Source: a virus
Lineage: Duplodnaviria; Caudoviricetes
Direction: 5' to 3' (one strand)
DNA length: 24,819 nucleotides
Virus record (IMG/VR): IMGVR_UViG_3300005713_000264
Location: 1-24,819 of that record
Part shown: positions 17,400 to 24,819 of the stretch, piece after piece
Position numbering within the stretch: the first letter of the stretch is position 1
How the letters are laid out: every line of letters begins with the position of its first letter
Translations under genes and position numbers: made by a program
The notes under the pieces: model-generated
The model's input: only the letters and a program-made list of their open reading frames with translations
What the model was told of the DNA's origin: nothing
Database searches by the model: none

Positions 17400-18134
17400 A
17401 TGCGCACAATGACATCGAAATTCGCCGGGACCTGCACGCGGTGCAAGTCCCGATTTCCCGCGGGCGCCACGATTGAGTGGGCGCCCGGCGAGGGGGCGCG
17501 CCATGCGGACCCCGCCGTCTGTCGCGCGGCGCTGGCCGCCCCGCGGCCGACGGCGCCCGCGCCCGTCACGGCCGAGATGGACGCGCGTCCGATTCTCGCG
17601 TTTCTGACCGCGGCCCAAGGGCGCGGGCTGAAGTTCCCGAAGGCCCGATTCCTGGCGCCCGACGGCCGCAGTGAGATGCGGCTCTCGATTGCGGGCGCGC
17701 AGTCGAAGACGCCCGGCGCCGTGCACATCGTGATTGCCGACGAATGGCAGGGACGGATTTTCCCGGACGGCCGCCTGGCGGGCCCCAAGGTCACGCCCGC
17801 GCTCGTCGCGGCCTTGACCACCATCGCCGCCGCCCCCGCCATCGCGGCCAAGGAGTACGCCGCGCTCACCAGCCGCTGCAGTTTCTGCGGCCTCGAACTG
17901 ACCGACGCGGGCTCGGTCGAAGTGGGCTACGGCCCGATTTGCGCCGACCGGTACGGGCTGCCCCACACGGCCAAGGGCACGCCCGCGGCCCTCAGTGCTG
18001 ACGCCCTGGTCGAAGACACCCCGGCCGACGTGCCCGTGCCCGTGGACGGGTACTGGCAGCCGGGAGACGCCCGACGCGCGGCACGGTCGCTCGGCCTCGC
18101 GTTCGAGCAAGTGTTAGACGACGTGCCCTTCTAG
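17400..18134 (+). CDS. DUF6011-like zinc-finger protein
   Basis: N-terminal KFAGTCTRC zinc motif; CSFCGLELTDAGSVEVGYGPIC signature; ends DDVPF. Confidence 0.8.
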   Translation: MRTMTSKFAGTCTRCKSRFPAGATIEWAPGEGARHADPAVCRAALAAPRPTAPAPVTAEMDARPILAFLTAAQGRGLKFPKARFLAPDGRSEMRLSIAGAQSKTPGAVHIVIADEWQGRIFPDGRLAGPKVTPALVAALTTIAAAPAIAAKEYAALTSRCSFCGLELTDAGSVEVGYGPICADRYGLPHTAKGTPAALSADALVEDTPADVPVPVDGYWQPGDARRAARSLGLAFEQVLDDVPF

Positions 18135-18187
18135 GCTTCCCCTGACCCCCGACGGGCGCGGCCCGTCGGGGGTCGCCGGGAGGCCTA
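18132..18187 (+). other. Long intergenic hairpin
   Basis: 14-bp perfect stem GACCCCCGACGGGC/GCCCGTCGGGGGTC (18144-18174) extended by TAGGCTTCCC/GGGAGGCCTA; no U-tract. Confidence 0.75.
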
Positions 18188-18218
18188 TGACGGGCCACCA
18201 AGGAGAAACGAGAGAACC

Positions 18219-18617
18219 ATGCATCGCCCCACCTGCTACCCGCACCGCGACCGCGTGCCCGACCGGGTGACGCTCGAATGTCCCATGTGCCGCCGGATCC
18301 GCCTGGAACAACGGATCGTCCGGAAGACCGTGACGGCGCTCCTCGCCGCGGGCTATCGCCTGGCCACCGACCAAGGGACGCACGACGAAGCCGAACGGCG
18401 GCCCGAGACCCCGACGGCCGACCGGGACACCATCCTGGCCGAGATGATGGAGACCGACGACGAGTTTTTGCTCTGCTACCTCGGAGACGAGACGCGCCCG
18501 CGCTGGGTCCGCTTCGTCTACGGCAGCGACGGGTACGACGTCATCAACGACTACACCACGAGCCTAGAGACCGTGCTGGCGCCCATCCACGCCTACTGTG
18601 ACAGCTACGCAGGCTAG
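18219..18617 (+). CDS. Hypothetical phage protein
   Basis: 132 aa; AAGGAGA upstream; WVRFVYGSDGYDVINDY motif. Confidence 0.8.
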   Translation: MHRPTCYPHRDRVPDRVTLECPMCRRIRLEQRIVRKTVTALLAAGYRLATDQGTHDEAERRPETPTADRDTILAEMMETDDEFLLCYLGDETRPRWVRFVYGSDGYDVINDYTTSLETVLAPIHAYCDSYAG

Positions 18618-18631
18618 GAGGCCTGCATCCC

Positions 18632-18844
18632 ATGACCAAGAAAGACTACGTTCGCCTCATTGCCGATCTCGGCGCCACGCTCGCCGCGACTCAGGACACC
18701 GACGCGCCGCCCCGCGCGGTGCTGGCCACGTTCGCGGCCCACTTCGCGGGCACCGAGACGAAGGAGAATCCAAGGTTCGATCCGAATCGGTTCACGGCCG
18801 CCCTCGATCAGGCCTTCGACCTGGTGCAGGCGGCCCGCCGATGA
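18632..18844 (+). CDS. Hypothetical phage protein
   Basis: 70 aa; AGGAGG RBS; MTKKDY...NPRFDPNRF..A pattern seen in phage early proteins. Confidence 0.8.
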   Translation: MTKKDYVRLIADLGATLAATQDTDAPPRAVLATFAAHFAGTETKENPRFDPNRFTAALDQAFDLVQAARR

Positions 18845-19038
18845 CGACGACGCGCCGCCCCGAGACCGACGACGCCCGGCAGCCCGATCTACCGGGCGCC
18901 GAGACCGTGCGAGACCAAGAAGTCCCGCACCCGACGTGGACGCTGCCGCGCGCCGATCCGGCCGACTTCGACTTGACGGCCGAATCGGGCGCGGGCCAGA
19001 CGCTGAACTTGTTCACTGAAGGAGACGACGCCCCATGA
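18841..19038 (+). CDS. Small acidic hypothetical protein (65 aa)
   Basis: ATGA overlaps at both ends; MTTTRRPETDD...QTLNLFTEGDDAP. Confidence 0.7.
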   Translation: MTTTRRPETDDARQPDLPGAETVRDQEVPHPTWTLPRADPADFDLTAESGAGQTLNLFTEGDDAP

Positions 19039-19256
19039 CCCGCCCTGATCCGCTCGACACCGTCCCGACTAAGCACGACACGCGCCGCGCGATCCGCCTC
19101 GGGCAGATTGACCGCGACGACGAGTGCAGCCAGTGCGGAGACCCGCTCCGCGACGTGGGCCACTTTTGGAGTACCGACCACGGGAACTACGACACGATCC
19201 GCTGCGCGGAACAACACGCCGAAGACCTCGACCGCCTGACTGACAAGGAGAACTAG
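19035..19256 (+). CDS. Hypothetical protein with CxxC motif
   Basis: 73 aa; AAGGAGA RBS; CSQC...CAEQH. Confidence 0.75.
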   Translation: MTRPDPLDTVPTKHDTRRAIRLGQIDRDDECSQCGDPLRDVGHFWSTDHGNYDTIRCAEQHAEDLDRLTDKEN

Positions 19257-19262
19257 ACCGCC

Positions 19263-19553
19263 ATGAGTAGACGCCTGCAAGATCACGACTTCGACACCGA
19301 GAACGGCCCGTGCTACGTGATCACGTGCAACGGGTTCCGCCTGGCCGTCGCCTACAAAGACGACTGGTGCTACGGCCCCTCGCGTCACCTGGGCACGGCC
19401 GACGACGACGAGGCCGCTCGCCAGATCATCAAGGCCGACATTCGGCAGCACTGGACCGAGAGAAACGGCCTCCCCGTGTGGACGATCTCCGACCACGGCA
19501 ACGCCTGTCGGATCCGCACGATCCGCCTCCGGCGCCGCGAGGCCGCCCGATGA
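19263..19553 (+). CDS. Hypothetical phage protein
   Basis: 96 aa; AAGGAGA upstream; PVWTISDHGN motif. Confidence 0.75.
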   Translation: MSRRLQDHDFDTENGPCYVITCNGFRLAVAYKDDWCYGPSRHLGTADDDEAARQIIKADIRQHWTERNGLPVWTISDHGNACRIRTIRLRRREAAR

Positions 19554-19723
19554 TCGCGCATCTCCGCGCCGTCGCCCGCGGGCTGGGCGCGCTGGGCGCG
19601 CTCACCCTCGGGCTGGCCGCGATGGCGCTCGGGCTCGTCGCCGCGCTGGGCGTACTGCTCGGCTACCTCGGGCTCGGCTATGCGCTCGGCTACGGGCTCG
19701 GGCGCCTCGTCGGCCTGTGGTAG
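19550..19723 (+). CDS. Small Gly/Leu-rich membrane protein (57 aa)
   Basis: ATGA overlap; almost fully hydrophobic with repeated Gly spacing (LGYLGLGYALGYGLG). Confidence 0.65.
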   Translation: MIAHLRAVARGLGALGALTLGLAAMALGLVAALGVLLGYLGLGYALGYGLGRLVGLW

Positions 19724-19742
19724 GCCGCCGGACTTGGGCGCC

Positions 19743-19772
19743 TTGACAAATCATATGATTCTGTGAGACGCT
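19743..19772 (+). promoter_or_regulatory. Early promoter with palindromic operator
   Basis: TTGACA followed by perfect palindrome AATCATATGATT (19749-19760); -10 weak. Confidence 0.65.
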
Positions 19773-19802
19773 GATCGGACGCGGTCAAGGAGGCCGCAGC
19801 AC

Positions 19803-20300
19803 ATGACACGACTTCCGAAGAAAGCCTGGCACATCATCGGGCGCGGCTGGAATGGCTGGCACGCCAAAGGGATTGACGTATCGAGTTCCGGCGGAGACCT
19901 GCAGCCGCGCCCCTGGCACGCGGGCGGGATGACGACGGGGTACCTCGAAGAGGCCGTCGAAGGCGCGCTCGTCTACGACGCGAGCGAGGCCGACCGCGAG
20001 ACGTTCGCGCGCCTCATCATCTCCGGTCCCATGGTGGATCCGCGCCTGGCGCCTGACGCGGGCGCCCCGCTGGACGAGGAGACGCGCGAGGCGGCCGCCC
20101 GCCTGGCACCCGCGCTCGGGGGCACGTTCGGCCGCCTGGCAGCCGCGGCCGCGACCGGCCGGTACCGCGGGCTCGACTCGGTCGGGATTGCCGTCTACCG
20201 GCAGCTGCTCGCCACCGTGCCAGGCATCAGGATCGGCACGGTCCGCGATGGGGCCCTCGTATGGGACGCGCCCGCGGGCGCCGTCGGGGAGGCCCGATGA
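19803..20300 (+). CDS. Hypothetical protein
   Basis: 165 aa; AAGGAGG RBS. Confidence 0.8.
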   Translation: MTRLPKKAWHIIGRGWNGWHAKGIDVSSSGGDLQPRPWHAGGMTTGYLEEAVEGALVYDASEADRETFARLIISGPMVDPRLAPDAGAPLDEETREAAARLAPALGGTFGRLAAAAATGRYRGLDSVGIAVYRQLLATVPGIRIGTVRDGALVWDAPAGAVGEAR

Positions 20301-20551
20301 CCTCGACCACGACCGCGCGCCAAGACGGACCGACCGTCCTAGCGCGCGTCCGCGCCTCCTTCGGCCAATGGCTGCAGGCGGCCGACGTCGCCGCGCTGGC
20401 GGCCGACGCCCGGACCCGCCTCACGCCCGTCTTGGTGCGCTGCGGGGGCTGCCGGTTTGTGGTTCCGGCCGACCAAGCGCAGCACCTGATCGACATCATC
20501 ACGCGCGAGGGGTCCGACTATGTCCGGGACGCCTCGCTCGCCCGCACGTGA
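20297..20551 (+). CDS. Hypothetical protein (84 aa)
   Basis: GGAGG RBS, ATGA overlap; MTSTTTARQDG...RCGGCRF. Confidence 0.7.
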   Translation: MTSTTTARQDGPTVLARVRASFGQWLQAADVAALAADARTRLTPVLVRCGGCRFVVPADQAQHLIDIITREGSDYVRDASLART

Positions 20552-20561
20552 CTTGGCACAC

Positions 20562-20598
20562 TTGACAAACATAGGATTCTAGAAATAGAATCCTATGT
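20562..20598 (+). promoter_or_regulatory. Early promoter overlapped by a 13-bp inverted repeat
   Basis: TTGACA-18 bp-TAGAAT; ACATAGGATTCTA-GAAA-TAGAATCCTATGT (20569-20598). Confidence 0.8.
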
Positions 20599-20639
20599 CT
20601 CGACACCGCGGCCTCGGGAGGCCGCAGAAAGACGGACCG

Positions 20640-21230
20640 ATGACGACGAAAACGAAGACCCCGCCCGACACCACGCGCCTTGCCCTCTACCTCACGACCG
20701 AACAGACCGCGGAGTACTTCCACGTGATCGCCCGCGTGGTGACGATTGGACTCACGCGCCACGAACGCGAAGACATCGACGCCGGACTGACGGTGTCGGC
20801 CACGTCCACCACGATCCGGAACCTCGGAAAAGAGACCGTCCGCGGACTCTACTTGGCCGACTTCCGGATCGACTCGCAAGGGACGAACGGAGACGCCGAT
20901 CGCCACCTGTACGCCTGGCAGTACCGGTACCACGACGTCTACGACGTGGATCGACCGAAGGCCGAGGCCATGGCCAAGACGCTCAAGACGCTGGAGACGC
21001 GCCTGGCCAAGACCGACGAGACCTACGGCCGCCCGAAGACCTTTGGCAGCTACGTCGCGCGGCTCGCCGTGGCGCTAGGCGCGGACACGATCCTTCGGCC
21101 GCGCGCCGACACGTCGCGCGGCTGGAGTTACGCCGACACCGAGCACACGTGGCACACGATTCAGGCTGGCGTAGACGTCATCGATCACCTGGTCCGCACG
21201 TGGACCGACCGACGGGAGCGTGTCGCATGA
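20640..21230 (+). CDS. Hypothetical protein (196 aa)
   Basis: Start moved to ATG 20640 because the track start at 20595 sits only 3 bp after the -10 box. Confidence 0.75.
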   Translation: MTTKTKTPPDTTRLALYLTTEQTAEYFHVIARVVTIGLTRHEREDIDAGLTVSATSTTIRNLGKETVRGLYLADFRIDSQGTNGDADRHLYAWQYRYHDVYDVDRPKAEAMAKTLKTLETRLAKTDETYGRPKTFGSYVARLAVALGADTILRPRADTSRGWSYADTEHTWHTIQAGVDVIDHLVRTWTDRRERVA

Positions 21231-21523
21231 GTTACAAGCTGTGGATCGCCTGCGAAGTCTACGACGACGACGCCGACCGGCCCGCGGGGGAGATCGATCT
21301 CCCCCTCGGATCGTTCGCGACCTTCACCGAAGCATCCGACGCCCGCGCCGCGGCAGAAGTCCTGTCCGCCCTTGGCGTGGACGCCACGCTGCGCGACCAC
21401 GTGGCGACCGCCTGCCGTCAAGCGGCGGCTCGCCTCACCGCGCAAGACCGTCCGGGCGCCCGCGCCTTGGGCGCCCAGCTCGACCGCTGGGCGCTCGCGC
21501 TAGGCGCCTTGACAGAATCATAG
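21227..21523 (+). CDS. Hypothetical protein (98 aa)
   Basis: GGGAG RBS, ATGA overlap; MSYKLWIACEVY. Confidence 0.7.
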   Translation: MSYKLWIACEVYDDDADRPAGEIDLPLGSFATFTEASDARAAAEVLSALGVDATLRDHVATACRQAAARLTAQDRPGARALGAQLDRWALALGALTES

Positions 21524-21537
21524 GATTTTAGTATCTT
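21509..21537 (+). promoter_or_regulatory. Early promoter with operator in the spacer
   Basis: TTGACA-17 bp-TATCTT; AATCATAGGATT at 21516-21527. Confidence 0.8.
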
Positions 21538-21578
21538 AGGACTCGCGGCGATGGACGCCGCAGAAAGAGAGCCCCGCA

Positions 21579-22103
21579 ATGTATCGCGTCTTTACCCGCA
21601 CTTGGTGGATCCGCAATCCGACATGGCCCGGCGGCCGCGAGCCCGGCGCCGGACCGAAGCACACGCTCGCCAAGAACGTGGAGACCGAAGACGAAGCGCG
21701 CGCCCTGTGCGCCGAGTACAACGCCACGCACGAGCCCGGCTTCCTCAGCCGCAAGGCGGAATACGAAGGAGCAGTAATGTTTCCCGACGACCGCTACCTC
21801 GTGATCTGCCGCCTCGGGAAGACCGAACGCCACGACGAGCCCGCGTATACCTTGGCGACTCGGCAGACGTTCGCCACGTGGCAGGACGCCCGCGCCTATG
21901 CGCGGACCGTCGCCCGCTCCCGACGGCCGCTCGTCGTGAGTGGCCGCTTCCATCAACTGCGCGAGCCCGCGCCCCTCGTCGTGGACGAGGTGCCGTGCCG
22001 CCATCCGAAGTACTACACGATCAACGAAGCGTACGGCCAGCATCGGTGTCTGACGTGCGGCTTCCAATTCACCGCGGCCCGGCGCCGCAGAAAGTTGACC
22101 TGA
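21579..22103 (+). CDS. Hypothetical protein; probably two genes (second start 21777) read as one
   Basis: 174-aa ORF with internal AAGGAG-CAG-TAATG junction at 21766-21779; C-terminal CRH...CLTC zinc motif. Confidence 0.65.
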   Translation: MYRVFTRTWWIRNPTWPGGREPGAGPKHTLAKNVETEDEARALCAEYNATHEPGFLSRKAEYEGAVMFPDDRYLVICRLGKTERHDEPAYTLATRQTFATWQDARAYARTVARSRRPLVVSGRFHQLREPAPLVVDEVPCRHPKYYTINEAYGQHRCLTCGFQFTAARRRRKLT

Positions 22104-22105
22104 CC

Positions 22106-22885
22106 ATGACCCGCACGACTCCGCACACGACGACGATTCAGCTCTGGCCCGGGGGCCACAGCTACACCTTTCGCGGCGACCCGAATGGGCCGCCCAATCA
22201 ACGCAGCCTCCAGGATCCCAACATGCGCACGACGTGGCGCAAAGGGACCGACGCCGAATGGCGCGCGATTCAGATCGCGCAGACGGCGGAGCACTTTCTG
22301 CGGAACGACGTGCTGTGCTGTGACTCCTCGCTCATCGACGAGCTGATCAAGCTCGAACACACGACCGCCGGGCCGCAGGACTTGGCACGGGCGTTCAGCT
22401 ACGACGAGATCGAGAACCTCTATCCGGACGCCTCGTCCTGGGACGCCGAGACCTGCCGCGACTGGATCCGCGAGCACTGCGAGGGAGAGCAGCCGACGCG
22501 CCCCGTCGTAGCGGTTGATCCCGAGGACGGCACCGTCCCGCACGCCGCAGGCTGCGCCACGCACACCGTCCCCGCGGCGGAGTGTACGTGCGGGAAAGCA
22601 GACGGCACGCTCGAAGTCTTGGACCCCGACGCGGACACCGACGACGGGCGCCACGGCTACCTCACCGAGCTACGCCAGGTGGTCGCTGATCACGCGGAGG
22701 CGGCCGAGGTCTTCGAGTGGTGGCGCGTGTCCTCGTGGCTGTGCGACCAGCTCCGCGCGGCGGGCTACGTCGTCCTCGACAACGGGTACGGGCACTGGTG
22801 GGGCCGGACCTGCACCGGGCAGGCCGTCATCATGGACGGGACGCTGCAGACGGTCGCCGCGCGCCTCGTCAAGGAGACCGCGTAA
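22106..22885 (+). CDS. Acidic Trp-rich phage hypothetical protein (259 aa)
   Basis: Start moved to ATG 22106; C-terminal EVFEWWRVSSWL...WWGRTCTGQAVIMD motif recalled from phage early proteins. Confidence 0.8.
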   Translation: MTRTTPHTTTIQLWPGGHSYTFRGDPNGPPNQRSLQDPNMRTTWRKGTDAEWRAIQIAQTAEHFLRNDVLCCDSSLIDELIKLEHTTAGPQDLARAFSYDEIENLYPDASSWDAETCRDWIREHCEGEQPTRPVVAVDPEDGTVPHAAGCATHTVPAAECTCGKADGTLEVLDPDADTDDGRHGYLTELRQVVADHAEAAEVFEWWRVSSWLCDQLRAAGYVVLDNGYGHWWGRTCTGQAVIMDGTLQTVAARLVKETA

Positions 22886-23116
22886 ATGCCCCGCGGACGC
22901 CGACCGGGCACGTTTCTGCCAGGGACCTTGGCCGGGTGGCTCTCGCGCGCCCGGCCCGGCGAATCCTTCTGGACCGACCAAACGCAACGGGCCGCCGATA
23001 CGACGGCCCGGCGCGCCGGGCGCCACGTGCAGACGCGCGTGTACGTGGCGCTCCATCCCGAGACCTTGGACGTCGTGAAGCTCACGCGCGTGACGATCAC
23101 CCCGACGCCCGATTGA
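22886..23116 (+). CDS. Hypothetical protein
   Basis: 76 aa; AAGGAGA RBS; abuts upstream stop. Confidence 0.7.
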   Translation: MPRGRRPGTFLPGTLAGWLSRARPGESFWTDQTQRAADTTARRAGRHVQTRVYVALHPETLDVVKLTRVTITPTPD

Positions 23117-23132
23117 TGATAGGATTGATAAC

Positions 23133-23417
23133 ATGAGTAACCGTACGACGAAGAAGACGACGAAGACGAAGACGAAGACGAAGACGACGCTCCCGCCCGA
23201 CCCCGAGCAAATGAACGACGAGCGCGCCGACTGGGCCGCCGTGGCGCTCGACATGTTCCAGGCGACGACCGGCGCCGAGGACCCCGATGCGTTGGCGGAT
23301 CTGCTGGCCGACCTGATGCACTGGTGCGACCGGCACGACACTGCCTTCGAGGCCGAGCTGACGCGCGCCCGACACTTCTATCGAGAGGAGACGCTCGCTC
23401 ATGGAGAAGAACGCTGA
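23133..23417 (+). CDS. Hypothetical protein with Thr-Lys repeat N-terminus
   Basis: 94 aa; (ACGAAG)4 at 23160-23183; DLLADLMHWCDR motif. Confidence 0.8.
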   Translation: MSNRTTKKTTKTKTKTKTTLPPDPEQMNDERADWAAVALDMFQATTGAEDPDALADLLADLMHWCDRHDTAFEAELTRARHFYREETLAHGEER

Positions 23418-23556
23418 CACCACGAGCTACATTCTGCGCGACATTCCCACGGACTTGTGGCGCCGGGTGAAGAGTACGGCGGCGCTGCGCGGCGAGAGTC
23501 TGAAAGAGGCGTTGATTCAACTGTTGATCGACTACACGAAAGGATCGCACGGCTAA
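23401..23556 (+). CDS. Ribbon-helix-helix (Arc/CopG-like) DNA-binding protein (51 aa)
   Basis: Not in ORF track. GAGGAG RBS; MEKNADTTSYILRDIPTDLWRRVKSTAALRGESLKEALIQLLIDYTKGSHG shows strand, helix, G-x-S turn, helix. Confidence 0.85.
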   Translation: MEKNADTTSYILRDIPTDLWRRVKSTAALRGESLKEALIQLLIDYTKGSHG

Positions 23557-23777
23557 TGCCGATCATGCTCAGTAAGACCTACGACGCGCTGCGCTCCGCG
23601 CAAGGCGTCACCGAGGAACAAGCGCGCACGGCGGCGGAAGAAATCGCCGGATTCGAAAGTCGCTTTGCCGCCTTGGAATCGGACTTGAAAGTTCTCAAGT
23701 GGATGGCGGGCGCGAGTCTCGGGCTGCACGTGGCGGTCTTGGCGTTTCTCTTGCGCCTGCTGAGTGGCGTCCGATGA
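23556..23777 (+). CDS. Coiled-coil plus C-terminal TM protein (DUF1640-like, 73 aa)
   Basis: Start moved to ATG 23556 (TAATG); YDALRSA..TEEQA..AAEEIA...DLKVLKWM then a hydrophobic helix. Confidence 0.75.
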   Translation: MPIMLSKTYDALRSAQGVTEEQARTAAEEIAGFESRFAALESDLKVLKWMAGASLGLHVAVLAFLLRLLSGVR

Positions 23778-24083
23778 GCGCGCCCGATCTCGTCCAGCTC
23801 GCGAAGGACTACGTCGCCAATCGGATCTACACGTCGCGCGACGTGCCGCCCGACTTGGTTGACGACGTGCTTCCTGTCGCTGGGCCTGATGAACGCGAAA
23901 CAGCGCAAGGCGTTTGTGAAGCGGGCGCCCGGCCTCGTCTACGAGTACACGTCCAAGGCCATGCCGATGGGCGTCAATGGGTATCCCATGTTTACGAGCT
24001 GTCATGTCTTGACAGCGCCCGAGACCGAGGAATTTGGCCGCCTCGTTCAGGCCCTGATTACGGCCATGGAGAACGTGAAGTAA
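23774..24083 (+). pseudogene. Phage hypothetical gene split by a +1 frameshift near 23858 (real or assembly error)
   Basis: MSAPDLVQLAKDYVANRIYTSRDVPPDL continues as LTTCFLSLGLM...GLVYEY...NGYPMF in the +1 frame, ending at a TAATG coupled to the next gene. Confidence 0.65.
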
Positions 24084-24433
24084 TGAAACGTATGATTTGG
24101 CTCCCCCTCGTCATCTCGCTCGCCGCTTGTGGGGGCAAGAGTCCCACGACCCCCTCGGTCCCACCCCCGCCGCCCGCGCCCGCGTGTGAAACCAACCGGA
24201 CGACGGAAGTGACCTTCAAGAACAACGGCCCCTTAACCGTAGACGTCATTTTCGACGGCAACATCATCGGCACCTTGGCGCCGTTCGCGTCCGGCCTGAC
24301 GCGCACGGTGGCGGCAGGCGTGGCGCATCCGCTCCGGTTTCAGCTCCCGAATAGCTCGTTTACGCTGTGCACCCCGTCGGCGCCCGTCCCCGTGCAATGC
24401 ACGCTCCAGACGTACGCGTCCTGTTTCTACTGA
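24083..24433 (+). CDS. Lipoprotein (116 aa)
   Basis: Signal peptide MKRMIWLPLVISLAA-C (lipobox), Pro-rich tether, beta-rich domain with four more Cys. Confidence 0.85.
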   Translation: MKRMIWLPLVISLAACGGKSPTTPSVPPPPPAPACETNRTTEVTFKNNGPLTVDVIFDGNIIGTLAPFASGLTRTVAAGVAHPLRFQLPNSSFTLCTPSAPVPVQCTLQTYASCFY

Positions 24434-24458
24434 TTCAGCACGCCCTCGCTCTCATACC

Positions 24459-24492
24459 AACGCGCCTGGTTCGCCGGGCGCGTTTTTTTTTT
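24459..24492 (+). terminator. Rho-independent terminator
   Basis: AACGCGCCTGG-TTCG-CCGGGCGCGTT stem with UUCG loop and a 10-T tract. Confidence 0.9.
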
Positions 24493-24694
24493 GGCGCGAA
24501 GTGTCAGACCGGAGACCTTGCTCCGTCCTGATCAAGGGGGGCGGGGCGTGACGGCGCCGTCCCTCCCGGAATCGACCGGGTCCCCTTGACATTAGTCGCC
24601 GGGTCCACGCCCCGCCTCCCGCGTTTTTTTTTTTGGCGCCCCGACCGTGACGAATCATAGGGGCGGGCGCACCTCTGTGGTGGAGGGATTGCCC

Positions 24695-24819
24695 ATGACC
24701 GCCTCGACGCCCGCCAAGCCCGCCGACGAGCCGGAACGCAAACTGAAATTCTGGCAGACGCCCCGCGAGGACCGTCCGCGGACGGCGCCGCTCCCGACCT
24801 CGCCCCGCCCCGACCGTGA
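24695..24819 (+). CDS. Hypothetical protein, truncated by window end
   Basis: GGAGGG RBS at 24682-24687; MTASTPAKPADEPERKLKFWQTP... open to the end. Confidence 0.55.
   Translation, partial: MTASTPAKPADEPERKLKFWQTPREDRPRTAPLPTSPRPDR

Noticed and set aside
23145-23189. ACGAAG repeat as a phase-variation switch
   Set aside because: A 6-nt unit preserves frame and only changes the length of a Thr-Lys tail.
1-24819. tRNA, rRNA, integrase, polymerase or endolysin genes
   Set aside because: None recognised by eye; they may lie outside the window.

Overview
A GC-rich tailed phage (or prophage) segment, most likely podovirus-like. A lipoprotein with a CGGKSPTTPS N-terminus weakly suggests an Acidobacteriota-like host (inference). 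The minus strand (1-16215) is one tightly coupled late operon: large terminase, portal, TerS-like protein, Zn-ribbon protein, scaffold, major capsid, capsid accessory proteins, adaptor, nozzle, tail fibre, radical SAM/SPASM enzyme, DUF483-like/methyltransferase fusion, and a truncated gene. A ~1 kb non-coding region (16216-17229) holds GTAC iterations, a (GA)n tract, palindromes and a dif-like site. The plus strand (17230-24819) has many short early genes behind TTGACA promoters sharing an AATCATAKGATT operator, an RHH regulator missing from the ORF track, and a lipoprotein. The standout is a possible virion-protein modification system. The tail fibre ends in 53 His-x-Asp motifs whose spacing is mirror-symmetric. 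It is followed directly by a radical SAM/SPASM maturase that carries its own HxD tail, and then by a Cys-motif/methyltransferase fusion. All product calls come from motifs and synteny read by eye; no database search was run.
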